DNA of 63,677 nucleotides, counting the filler, from Parasitella parasitica NRRL 2501 (lineage: Eukaryota; Fungi; Mucoromycota): NCBI GenBank assembly GCA_025201805.1. It is 9 parts of 9 records of this genome, joined end to end, with 100 filler letters (N's around TTAATTAATTAA, not from the genome) between each part and the next. Parts side by side here need not be neighbours in the genome. Positions count along the whole stretch, not along the records: positions 47,707 to 53,256 come from MU619306.1; positions 53,357 to 54,962 come from MU619618.1; positions 55,063 to 56,703 come from MU619385.1; positions 56,804 to 59,728 come from MU619513.1; 5 more parts are not named here. One strand, written 5' to 3'. Position 1 is the stretch's first letter. Every line of letters begins with the position of its first letter. Positions 48,450 to 59,828 of the stretch are shown one piece after another. A program made the translations under genes and the position numbers. The notes beneath the pieces are model-generated. The model saw nothing but the letters and a program-made list of their open reading frames with translations, was not told the origin of the DNA and did not search any database.

Positions 48450-51290
48450 TTAACAATATCCTGGCTGATACATTATCGCGTCTTTTCTGGCCATATAATA
48501 CGCAGGTGTAGAGTGGTGACAAGCGTTTGAAATTGGTCAAAAAGAATATTGTGGAGCAAAAGAAAAGTAGTAAAAGAAAGAGTAAAGAACAAGTAGACAA
48601 AGAAGTGGCTACAAAGAAGAAGAAGGGATTAAAAGGGAAAGAAAAGCTTGTTGAGAAAGATATACACAAAAGTAAACAAGTGTCTGTGTGTAACTCTCGG
48701 GCTCTCCCGGTATCAACAAAAGTGATCATCCCGCAGAAAACTTCTCATCTGTTTAATGATTCTAAACTGAAGGCTTATGTAAAAAAACTCAAAGGCAAGA
48801 ATGAAGACTTGTACTTTTGTGTTAGCCATCTTGATGTTTATGAATCGCCAGCTAGTGAAGAAGAAAAGCAGAAAGCACTAGAAAAGTCTCACTTGCTTGG
48901 CCATTATGGCATACCATGCGATGGAACAAGTTATCCATCAGGATTTGAATATGCATTGTGTCGATTTTCGCCTATTAATTGAAGGTTGAATCTCATCTCA
49001 ATTCCAATATTGACACTGACATTCAAATGGAATTGTATAAGACTTTTAGAAACCAGGACCAGAGCAATCCTGGCTTCCTTTTCAATCTTTAAAAAAGACC
49101 CTACGTTCTCCGTGATATAATCGCTTGTAGTCTCTTTATTTAATTGTCTTTGGAAATAATCGTTATTCATATAACTCTCACATTGGAAGGGTTTGCGAGA
49201 CGATATCACTAAATATATCGCTAATTGCCACAAATGCAGAAAGTTCAACCTAGGTAAGCACGTTTACCACCCACCAAAGCAGGAAACGCCTGCAGGAGTT
49301 ATGGATCATGTTGTATTTGATCTGGGTGCAATAAAATTGGGATCAATTTTATGTGAAAATAGAAAAAGTAAAAAAATAAAGCCAGAGAAATACAATTATA
49401 GTCTTTCCACCTTTATTTTCGATTATAAGAAAACTGAAGAAAAGATACATGCTCTTTAAGAGAGCTTGTATTTATACTACTTTGTAAAATTGCCTCACTA
49501 CAGTGAAAATGCTTATTTTACAGCTTATTTGAAGAATGACTTTTGTTGACATTCTCTCACTTGTATTGCAGCTGTGATTTTGATATATTGGTATTGAAAT
49601 TGATACTATGGTTCTGGGCAGGATTGTAATATTTGAGGATCCTGATTATTTCTAATGCGACTGAGCTTTCCTTATTGTGTAATAACAAGCTATTTCTGGC
49701 ATCTAGAATTATTGCAATTGTTTTAACAATTGCATTGTTTATACATGTTTGGAATTGGTTTATTTTTAATTATGAGTAGCGTTGTTCAACATTAGCATGT
49801 GCCAGGGTTGTAGGAGATTGTACTTTGATCAGGAGTGCAGGCCTCTACCAACACTTGTTAATGTTTACTTGTGCTTTTCATGTATTTCCTTCTTGGATGG
49901 ACCAGCCATGATCCATCTGGATTTTATTTTAATGTAATTGTGGTGCTATATAATAGGTGCCATTTCATTACACTGGGTAGTTTTTATTGCACTACTCCAA
50001 GAGGAAATAACCTTATTTTGGTGAAGATATGCTTGATCTGTTCTTAAGGTTTGTTGTATTTGTGAAAATCAGAAGAAACACTAAAATAAAATACTTTTTA
50101 AGATGTTTGTTGTTTTATTTTATGTTAGGATGAGGAACTTCTCATGGATATGAATAAACTATAGCTGTTTATAATAAATGTGGAGTTTAAAGATAAAGAA
50201 ATATACCATGATGGTGTGATGTATGATAGACCAATAAACCTGATAGAAAGATTGAAAGTAGATGTTGCTTGATGAAGATAAAAATTGACAACTACAACAT
50301 TAATTGGTGTATTGTAGATCTAAAAAATTTATGGACTTGTTTATAGGCAAGATCTTTATGAATATACCTTTAGATAACTGAAATGTTTATTAAAGTTTAT
50401 ATCACGAAATGGACATTAAAGTTGCACAATTCCGCGGGTAAACCAATGTACAAATCCTGTTCTATGACAGTATTGCGTGCTATTCTTGACAAGTCCGCTG
50501 CTACTGTTGCAAAGGAATTAGTATCATGGACCTTTTCACTTTTCGGATATCCCCTAGTGTTTGGTCATGATCGAGGTGCAGAGTTCCACAACAAGCTGTT
50601 AGAAAAGATACTACAGCATGCTGGTGTGGAAAACAGGACAAGTCTACCTTACAGCCCACAAGGAAACTATTGCTGTGAAGCTGCGGTAAAACGATGCAAA
50701 ACAGTCATCATCATGCAGATGCTGGAAGGATGCAATGAAGATTGGGATTTGTATGTAGATGGCACTGCCTTAAGCCTAAATCTACATAGATCTAGACTGC
50801 ATGGCATGGCGCCATTTGTAGTCATGTTTAATAGATTGCCCAATGGATTTGAGGATCATCGTGGCGATAAGTCCGTACTGCATGAAAGAGAAATTGATGT
50901 TGACGCTCTACAGAAGAGGCTGGATTAGATTGATAGAATTATTTTCCCTGCGATCAGAGAACAGAAGATACGAAAGACGCAAGATAAAGATAGCGAGTAC
51001 TTTAGAAAAAGACATAGAATTCTAGAGAAACCCTTTCCTATTGGATTTACAGTGATGCTCAAGAATATAGAGAATAAGAAGCAGAAGACTGATCCCAATT
51101 ATGAGGGACCCTTCTTTGTGCATGGCGTCACAAAAAACTGGATCCTATATTCTCACTAATAGAACCAATTCGTTCTTGGCACGAAACGTACCCACATAGC
51201 AAATCAAGTTGATTACCACCAATAATGGTGATGAAAATGTGTATGTGGTACAGGCAATCATCAATGATTGAGGTGATCCTCCCAACTGCA
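48450..51290 (+). mobile_element. Ty3/Gypsy pol relic (RNase H end, integrase zinc finger, core, GPF motif, start of a possible chromodomain) with internal insertions
   Basis: NILADTLSR, HLLGHYG...HWKGLRDDITKYIANCHKC (HHCC), DHVVFD, FGYPLVFGHDRGAEF, PYSPQGN, YEGPFFV and YVVQAII. Interrupted at 48959-49180 and about 49330-50470. Confidence 0.85.
48959..49180 (+). mobile_element. Short (222 bp) solo-LTR-like element F with a perfect CATTG TSD
   Basis: cattg|TGTCG...CTCTCA|cattg. Removing it restores the integrase reading LNMHWKGLRDD. Confidence 0.85.
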
Positions 51291-52699
51291 GTAAATTTGA
51301 AAGATTTACGAAATAAAAATAATAAAAATAAAAGCGATAAGAATGATTTATCAGAAAAGTTCAAATAGAAATTAATCAGGTAAAGATCCGTTTATTACAT
51401 TCAAAAATAGAGAGTTTATATACTTTCTATGAACTGAGGAAAGCGATATGAAGATAAAGGCTTTAGTGATCAGATCTGGGAGATAGGGTAGATTGTATCT
51501 ACCCCAAATATCATGTCGTACTATTTTATAATGTTCTGATGTTTTACTCTTCAGCATGCCTTGATATTATATTGACATCCGGTTTCAGAATTGATACATC
51601 AATGATGTTAATCTATGTCAGATATTTAGATTTTAGCCATGCAAACGTGTGCCACAGTAGTTGTAGTGCATATACTCTAACTGCGCTANNNNNNNNNNNN
51701 NNNNNNNNNNNNNNNNNNNNNNNNNNNNNNNNNNNNNNNNNNNNNNNNNNNNNNNNNNNNNNNNNNNNNNNNNNNNNNNNNNNNNNNNNNNNNNNNNNNN
51801 NNNNNNNNNNNNNNNNNNNNNNNNNNNNNNNNNNNNNNNNNNNNNNNNNNNNNNNNNNNNNNNNNNNNNNNNNNNNNNNNNNNNNNNNNNNNNNNNNNNN
51901 NNNNNNNNNNNNNNNNNNNNNNNNNNNNNNNNNNNNNNNNNNNNNNNNNNNNNNNNNNNNNNNNNNNNNNNNNNNNNNNNNNNNNNNNNNNNNNNNNNNN
52001 NNNNNNNNNNNNNNNNNNNNNNNNNNNNNNNNNNNNNNNNNNNNNNNNNNNNNNNNNNNNNNNNNNNNNNNNNNNNNNNNNNNNNNNNNNNNNNNNNNNN
52101 NNNNNNNNNNNNNNNNNNNNNNNNNNNNNNNNNNNNGTAGCTTTGATGGAAGAACATTCATCAGGATTAAACACCGACCTCAGGAACCAAATGTCATAGG
52201 ATATCACCACTTTGTACTGGGATAAAGATTCGCCATTCAATGTTACCACTTATGTCTCTTTGCCATGTCTAAATAAAGTCATTCCATTCTACTACGCATT
52301 TCTACTCATGCTCGCTTTATGATGTATTATACAGAGTATAATACATTACCGCTAAGATTTGATCTGTATCCTAAACACTAATAACGTACATATATAGTTT
52401 GACACAGAATTTAAACCCTGACAAAAAAATTTACAATGTAATACTTAATATTTTGGAGATAATATTGGCGCAAGTTGCAATGGCAACAATTTTCTGAGCT
52501 TGAATTTACCGCTGCGAATGTAGACCTTTAGCAGTGAAATACCTATTTCAATTGAGGAGCAAAAGATGCACACCATAAGCAGTCTGGTTATGTATAATTA
52601 TGAATCAATAGCCAAGATGCTGTAAAATATGACTTGAGAACCTTGTATTTTTATGCAGCTTTATGTTTTGGTTAAAAAAATTGCCGCCTAATCATGACC

Positions 52700-53256
52700 A
52701 TCACCTTTTCCCCCGCTTAAAAGGGTAATCTACAATCTCTGATATCTTTACAAACTATTAAGCGACAGAGACACAATCTTCAGCCAAAATCTTCTTTTTT
52801 TGCAGCATTTTACAACATTTCCGAGTTTTATGTACATATGCCTATTTTTCAGATTTTGCTATATTTGGGGCCCAAACCTCATATGCGATTTTCAGTTTTC
52901 AACTTTGGGTCAACCTTCAGGGTCATTTTTAGGTACGGATTTGGCGTCCAAGCCAAATATACATCCAATTACTGGTATGATAACTGTACCTCACTACGAC
53001 TTCCGATTCTCGATATCTTTCTTTGCTGTCAAGATTTCGCCAAAACCAAATTTTGCAGATTTTCCAAATTTTACAGCATATGGTCCTATAACAAGTACAA
53101 AATTTTGCAATTAAATCATGTTCAAGTTCCTAAGTAAAGCGATAAAGCACGCTTTGTTACACCTACTGGTAATAAACATGTTGTATTCAAGCTCAAATTT
53201 GACAAACTTGGGCCAATTTTGTCTTTTTACGTTAAAATTTGTCTGCTTGTTTCTCC
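52700..53256. mobile_element. Repeat family E, uninterrupted inverted copy
   Basis: Reverse complement of 29860-30074 joined to 31411-31740. Confidence 0.7.
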
Positions 53257-53356
53257 NNNNNNNNNNNNNNNNNNNNNNNNNNNNNNNNNNNNNNNNNNNN
53301 TTAATTAATTAANNNNNNNNNNNNNNNNNNNNNNNNNNNNNNNNNNNNNNNNNNNN

Positions 53357-53630
53357 TCGCATCAGCAGAAACAAAAGCCTTATTTGTACGAGCAGAAATA
53401 TGCGCAAATGAATCCAATGCAAAAGCAAGTCTTTGGTCATATCAGATCGTCTGTCAATAGTGCCAATCCAAATTTTCATTTCTTTTTGCAAGCTCCTGCT
53501 AGAACTGGTAAAATCTTTGTGTACAAAACTTTCTGCAATTATTATAGGAGTGAAGGGAAAATTTCTTGATGTGTCGCCTCTTCTGTTGTCACTGCTTTCC
53601 TTTTGCCTAGTGGTCAAGCATCTCACGCCC
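53357..53630 (+). mobile_element. Helitron-type PIF1 helicase fragment (pseudogene)
   Basis: MNPMQKQVF...FFLQAPARTGKIFVY (decayed Walker A, GxAGTGK) and CVASSVVTAFLLPSGQASH (matches the PIF1 VASSGIAALLLPGGRTAH motif), with an in-frame stop. Confidence 0.75.
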
Positions 53631-53899
53631 GCTTTGGAGTATATTAGCAAAAACAGCGATCTCGTTGAGCTTATTCGTAATATACTATTTCCGAGAATTA
53701 CTGGTGCACTAACAAAAAGCAGTGTGGCGCACCAAAAAAAATCAATTTGAAGCAGCGACAAAAATCAGTTTGATGCACTGTCCAAGCTTTTGGTGCATCT
53801 GCAAAATAAATCTCATGCAAAAATCAAAATGGTGTTTGGTGCATTGTGCACCAAATGTGTAGCTTTATTATATATCTTTTCTTTGTAAACAGTCATCCC

Positions 53900-54962
53900 A
53901 CTTGGAAGCAGAATATCTGCAAAATTCTTCTAGGTCGCTGATCACCACCTTGTTCCAAGCATCAGAAATTCTAGTGGACAGTGTTTTTGTCAAGTACAAG
54001 ATGATGAGCATTGTTGAGGAGCATGCTGAGGACCTCGCTTGTGTTTACGATTGTAAAAATCTTCAGGAAATCGGGGGGGGGGGAATACATATACGACTTC
54101 CGAGCTGATTTCCATTGAACTTTATGATCTGGTCAACGATTTTGCTATACCCAGAGAAGCATACAGACGATTGGTGAGACTCATGAATAATATGATTAGG
54201 GATTCAGAAAAGTTAGAGAGAGGTACGTATATTTGGCAAATTATCTTCTGTCAAAGTGTCCAAGACTTACCATCATCATACGTAACAGAGACAAATCCAA
54301 AAATTTTCCATGGCCCTCAAGTCGAAAAAATGATGAAGCGGCAAACAAGCTTGGCAGCACACTCATACGATGTATGTGTAAACGGTTGTAAATTGTACAA
54401 CTTGGAGGATGGGCAAACAACTTGTATCTACTGTAATAGCGAGAGATTTGAGGTTGACAGTCCTCGAAAGTCGTTGTCAACAATGAAGATAATGTCGATT
54501 GGCGATATCATATCTCGATTGCTTGCAAATCCTGATACCCATGCAGAGCTCAGATACAGGCATGAGTACGATAATCGAGAAAATGTAGAGCCCAACGTCA
54601 TTGCTGATTTTTTTGATGGTGAAGAATACAAGGCTTTCAAGAACAATAACAACTTTCAAAATGAACATGATGTAGCTATTGCTGTTTTTGATGATGGATT
54701 CGTCACAAAAAAATCGCGGAGGGCGCCCCTTCACTATGATTCATGTCGTTGTTCTCTCATACAATCCTCAGCTACGCTATAAAGAAGAATGTTTAATTCA
54801 ACTTTGCATATTGCCCGGGAAAAAAAAGCCTGCATCGTTCTCATCTTACCTTTCAGTGATTTTGGCAGAAATGCATTATCTTAGCCCGTATGGCATGGTA
54901 GTAATCACACCAGATAACCAAATAATCCGATCTAAAGTGCATTGTCTTGCTTTTGGTGGAGA
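53900..54962 (+). mobile_element. CACTA/EnSpm-like (Tnp2/Transposase_21) transposase fragment
   Basis: YDVCVNGCKLY, CIYCNSERF, DFFDGEEY, DVAIAVFDDGF and PQLRYKEECLIQLCILPGKKKP. Frameshifted and runs into the gap. Confidence 0.75.
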
Positions 54963-55119
54963 NNNNNNNNNNNNNNNNNNNNNNNNNNNNNNNNNNNNNN
55001 NNNNNNTTAATTAATTAANNNNNNNNNNNNNNNNNNNNNNNNNNNNNNNNNNNNNNNNNNNNAACCTAGCTCGATAAGCACTTTTTTTGGCTCTAAAAAA
55101 TGTTCCCGTTCATGCACAT

Positions 55120-56235
55120 CTATATTCTTATGAGAACATTGGCGAGGCCATAGTGATAACGAGGTTCGCAAACATCGATCAGACTCAATGGAGCTGAAGC
55201 CAGACGATTGATTATGAAGGTGACGCTACCGCCTCGATCAGACTTCGGGTCGTAGGAAAAGTAGTTGCCGTCTACAAAAAAGTTGAACGGGTGCTGATAT
55301 TTCTTCAAGGAACTGAGGGTATGAGTATAGGCTAAACTGTTATCATCCACAAACATGAAATCAATCTGATCAAACTCCATACGTTTCGTCCATACGGATC
55401 CAAGGTGGGGCATATTTCCGGTAAGTTTGGAATCGTCATTGATTTCGGGTGGGACCATGATGCAACCAGCGACAGCGGACATGTCATGTTTTATCATGAT
55501 GTCTCCCCAAGTTTCGATGGAGATATCGTAAGCAGAGTGAACTGATATACCCATGACTGCTTTAAAATTGCAATCCTGAGCTTTCTTATTACAGTAGTAA
55601 TGAGGATTTGGTCCAGTGGGATCAAATGCAGTGATGGCGGCGGGGTCCTTTATTATAAGTTTACCATTTTCGTAAGCTCTCTTCCTGGATGTGAGATTCA
55701 TAATTCTCTCGTTTTGTCGGGCGAAATCTTTATGATCCAACAGAGGACAACAAGAGTGTATATGGGTGTAGCCACGAGATATGTGAGTGGAAAAGTTTCC
55801 ACCTACATCAACAATAGGAGTGTTAGGTGGAGTTTCACGCAAAATCATCTCGTATTCCACTACTCTAACAGCTGCTGCTAAAGCGTGTCCACAAGCTCGG
55901 GGATCTTTGTCGGAAAAAACTAATCTAACCTCGGGAAAAGTGCTGATCATGTAATTTTTATCAGAATCGGATAAAACATGTTTTATGGTAACGAGAGGTC
56001 GTTTATCTTCATTTGCACCGTTAGAAGAATCTCTCTGAGTTGCCAAAAATTTATTAATGCTCTCCTCGAATATGGCATTACCAGGGGTGGTCAAACAATA
56101 TTCTAAAAGATCGTCAGCACACTCAACAGGATGGTTGAGTGACTTCATTGTGGGGATAATGTATTGGTCGCGGAGAACGTTGAAATACGCAGATCCGCGG
56201 ACAATATCATTTTTTGTGATACGGTGATTGGACAT
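55120..56235 (-). CDS. Alphavirus-superfamily (tobamo/virga-like) viral methyltransferase-guanylyltransferase, replicase N-terminus; candidate endogenous viral element
   Basis: Intron-less 371-aa ORF with GHALAAAVRVVE (catalytic His), IVDVGGN, HIHSCCPLLDHKDFAR (DxxR), HSAYDI and DDNSLAYTH (conserved Tyr). The motif order and spacing follow the TMV 126K capping domain. Confidence 0.88.
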   Translation of the reverse strand: MSNHRITKNDIVRGSAYFNVLRDQYIIPTMKSLNHPVECADDLLEYCLTTPGNAIFEESINKFLATQRDSSNGANEDKRPLVTIKHVLSDSDKNYMISTFPEVRLVFSDKDPRACGHALAAAVRVVEYEMILRETPPNTPIVDVGGNFSTHISRGYTHIHSCCPLLDHKDFARQNERIMNLTSRKRAYENGKLIIKDPAAITAFDPTGPNPHYYCNKKAQDCNFKAVMGISVHSAYDISIETWGDIMIKHDMSAVAGCIMVPPEINDDSKLTGNMPHLGSVWTKRMEFDQIDFMFVDDNSLAYTHTLSSLKKYQHPFNFFVDGNYFSYDPKSDRGGSVTFIINRLASAPLSLIDVCEPRYHYGLANVLIRI

Positions 56236-56899
56236 GGATGGTTAGGTTCGTGTCTGGTCGGGTCGCGTCGGTTTTGTTTAGTTAATTTGAGTTGAAAGTT
56301 GTAATTAAAGTTGAAAGGAAATGGCGTGAAAGAGGTTGAGGATGCGGTCTGGGGCATGGAAGGCCAGAGCGTATCCGGGAATGTTTAATGCAAAATGAGA
56401 CATCATGTAATGTGAATCATTACAATAACGTCAGTGGAAAATGGTTAGCGAAAAACTAAAAGGGAGTTCTAATTGAAGCTTACGATGTTTGAGTGGTGAT
56501 TGAGTTCTACATTTTGTGTGTAAAATCTAATCACTGGTGCTTATTTTGGACACCTAGCTGCTAAAGCATCACCAGTAGTTAGGATTTTATCACACAAGTT
56601 GGCCATGGTGATAATCACATATTGTCCTCTTCGGAAAACTAGTATAAACGACTGTTTCTAAATGAACTTCATCTAAAAAGCAAGCAACAGTTTTAAAAAG
56701 TATNNNNNNNNNNNNNNNNNNNNNNNNNNNNNNNNNNNNNNNNNNNNTTAATTAATTAANNNNNNNNNNNNNNNNNNNNNNNNNNNNNNNNNNNNNNNNN
56801 NNNGGTTTATCACCAGTCATCCAGTAATACACCTAATCACTAGTCATTAGAACTGATGATAAATGTGAAAAAAAATAGCACTGAAGTTAGCCATGGTGA

Positions 56900-57958
56900 A
56901 TGTACTTTATTTGGCATAAAGTTGTAAAATTAGTAAAAACAAAAGAAAAAGACCAAGTAGAAGCTAACAAAGAAGCTAAGATATGCATTCGGTCATCACA
57001 ATATGCAATGTTTTGGGCTAATCATGCAGGAAGAATCCAATGGAAAAACACCGCCACAAGAGGTCATCTCAAGAATTGAAAGCAACCATGTACAAACAAA
57101 ATATATACTTTATTCAAGTATATTGCTACTGGTGCTAGCATTATTACCACCAGCGTTTTTTTCAACATCTTGAACAACACTTTGGTTAACAGTAGGTACT
57201 TCTTCGTCACTTTTTGCTCTCAAATGAACATTTGTATGGTCGTGAGAAGACCATAAATAAACTTTCACTCAAAACAGATGCGATGTTTGGAATGCAATAT
57301 CATAACAAATATTTGGTAGCAAATGTTACTACAAGCACAAAAAAAACCGAAATGTCTCAGAAATAATATTATATAATAATTAAAAATGAGCTATCTCGAC
57401 TTTTTTTATTAACGCACATTCTGGGGCAAAATTATTTATGTTCTCACAAGCACATAAATGCTCCCATGACCCTAATAATGTTCCCATTTGAGCACATTTA
57501 TGTTCACCGAGAACATCCAGGAGGCCATAGTGCAAAGATTGCATCTGTTTTGAGTAAAAGTTTATTTATGCTCGCACGATCATACAAATGTTCATGTCAG
57601 AGCAAAAAGTGACGAAGAAAAACCTACTGTTAACCAAAGTATTGCTGAAGATGATAAAAAAAAAAGCCGCTGGTTATGATAATGCCAGCACCAGTAGCAA
57701 TATACTTGAATAAAGTATATTTTTGTTTATACATGCCTTGCTATCAAATGTTGAGATGACCTTGTGGCGGTGTTTTCTATTGGCTTTTTACTGCATGCTT
57801 AGCGCAAACATTGCATATTGTGATGACCGAATGCATATTTTAGCTTCTTTGTTAGCTTCTCCTTGGTTTTTTTCTTTTGTTTCCACTAACTTTATAAGCT
57901 GGTATTTTAACTTAAAAAACATACAATATTAGCACATTTTGTGCCAAACATAAGTACA
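56900..57958. repeat. Long imperfect inverted repeat (~390-bp arms, ~245-bp spacer); foldback/MITE-like
   Basis: About 56900-57288 is the reverse complement of about 57533-57958, e.g. atatgcattcggtcatcacaatatgcaatg versus cattgcatattgtgatgaccgaatgcatat. Confidence 0.85.
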
Positions 57959-58686
57959 CTATACAGAGTACCAACATCTTTACGTATCTGTAGTTTCATC
58001 ATAAGAAATTGTAGCTTCTTTTTTATCAAAGAACAGCTTGCAGTATAGCTTGGAATAGAAAAATGAGACGCAACATATTTTGTGTATTTCTATCATCATG
58101 GTATGTATTCGAGTTTATTCTAACAAACTATTAATTCTTTTGTCAATAATATATAGAGGCTCTACTCAGTTCAATCTTTCATATGAGAGCATGGTATTGC
58201 TATGTGCATTAAATTGTTTGTAGCAACTAAATGACTGACTACTTTTACTGCTGAATATAGGCAATAGCTAAAGATGATGCTATGTATGAAAATTGTTTTT
58301 GCAATATACGTCGTTTGGGTGTCAATGTCAAGGTAGTTTTGAGTACTTTTTGGCTTGCTTCTTTTGCTTTATTCATAAACACTAAAATTAGATTTCTTCT
58401 ATTATTTAGGCATGCTACAGGTATAATTTTGTGCCCAATATCTGAACATATACGATAATATGAGAGGTTTGTTGCTCATTTTTGCCCTGGATACTAGAAG
58501 TTATGAAGCTAAACCTTGCTACTTTTTTTCAAGATGTTGCCTCCTTGCTTCTTTTTTCAGGTATTACAGTATATATGATTTAGTGTATCATTGTTGGATC
58601 TAAAAATATAAAATAAAAACCAAAGGTTAACGAGATACGAAAACTAAAGATACTTTATTTAAGATCGAAATTGCATCTGCTATTTA

Positions 58687-59612
58687 TGTTGTGCCAGGTC
58701 TTGAAAATGAGCACAGCAGGTGATTGTATGTGATATAAGAATATAAGAATGTAATTAAAGACTTAGTTCACCAGATACAAAACTATTGATTTATTAATTG
58801 ACAAGAAGATGTCTATTTATATTAGAATAAATCTATCTTCTAAATCAATCTATAAAATACAATCAGGTCATCTTTGACATTTAATTGTCAAACAAGATTA
58901 TAACACAACAGTAGTAGTCAGAGCAGGACCTATTTCTATATTTAATCAGCTAATCGTTATGAATGATCTGCCATAATGTAGGTTAGGAGATCATGATAGT
59001 GTACTTCAATTAAAGATTGGAGATTGTCCAATGATGTCTTGTTATACTGGTCGAAACAAGAGAGCAAAGTCTTTGTTTCAAATCAGGAAGGTTATCTGTA
59101 ACACAGATCTGTATGATTGACAAACAATAAGGTACTGTCAGATCAAAGATCAATAACCTTGTAGTATAATAATTTATCGTACCCTGTTAAGGATATGATG
59201 TTGCTTGCAAATTATTCTTATCGATTAGTATCGACTAGTATTTTAAATAAGTCACCAAAAATTTATGTTGTTGTAAAAAGTATAAATAGCAGATGCAAAA
59301 TTGAATCTTTAATAAAGTAATCTCAAGTTTTCGTATCTCGTTAATTTACCGTTTTATATTATACTTTTCTTATTTCGATCTTGCAGATCTCAACAATGAA
59401 TGTGAATCATTCATCGATAAGTTGAGCTTCGCAATTTAGAATAATAAGAAGAACCCAAATAGATGGTTTCTTATACAAGACATTCTATTGAATACTTCTA
59501 CTTACTAGATAGAATAATCGATGCCATTTAACCTTAGATACGATCAGGAATGGTTGCCATGACAACTGAGTTAAAATAGTGGTAACCATGATGGTATTCT
59601 ATGGATACAACA
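58687..59612 (-). mobile_element. Solo LTR B (inverted) with an ATTTA/AATTA TSD
   Basis: Reverse complement of 30339-30814 once the internal insert is removed. Confidence 0.85.
58964..59395 (-). mobile_element. A-related solo LTR (432 bp, TG...CA) with a perfect ATGAA TSD
   Basis: atgaa|TGATCTG...TCTCAACA|atgaa. Its reverse complement shares ttaacgagatacgaaaact, tgcatctgctatttatactttttacaac and ggtgacttattt with family A. Confidence 0.85.
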
Positions 59613-59828
59613 AATTATACTTTTTACAACTGAATAAATTTATGGTGACTTATTTAAATTACTAATTGACAAGACTAATTGACAGTGACAATCTATTTGA
59701 CAGGGTATGAATGAGGTTATACAGCAAGNNNNNNNNNNNNNNNNNNNNNNNNNNNNNNNNNNNNNNNNNNNNTTAATTAATTAANNNNNNNNNNNNNNNN
59801 NNNNNNNNNNNNNNNNNNNNNNNNNNNN

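Larger units (their letters stand above)
58592..59728 (+). mobile_element. Solo-LTR-like family A copy carrying nested B and A-like insertions
   Basis: 58592-58686 plus 59618-59728 is colinear with 29112-29317. Confidence 0.8.

Noticed and set aside
51539-52249. Long ORFs in the ORF track
   Set aside because: They span N runs and are artefacts.
52137-52400. Possible coding fragment after the long gap
   Set aside because: No recognisable motif, and stops interrupt the plausible frames.
55600-55881. Antisense or overlapping ORFs on the viral gene (also 56145..56357)
   Set aside because: Short and motif-free; expected by chance opposite or overlapping a real ORF.
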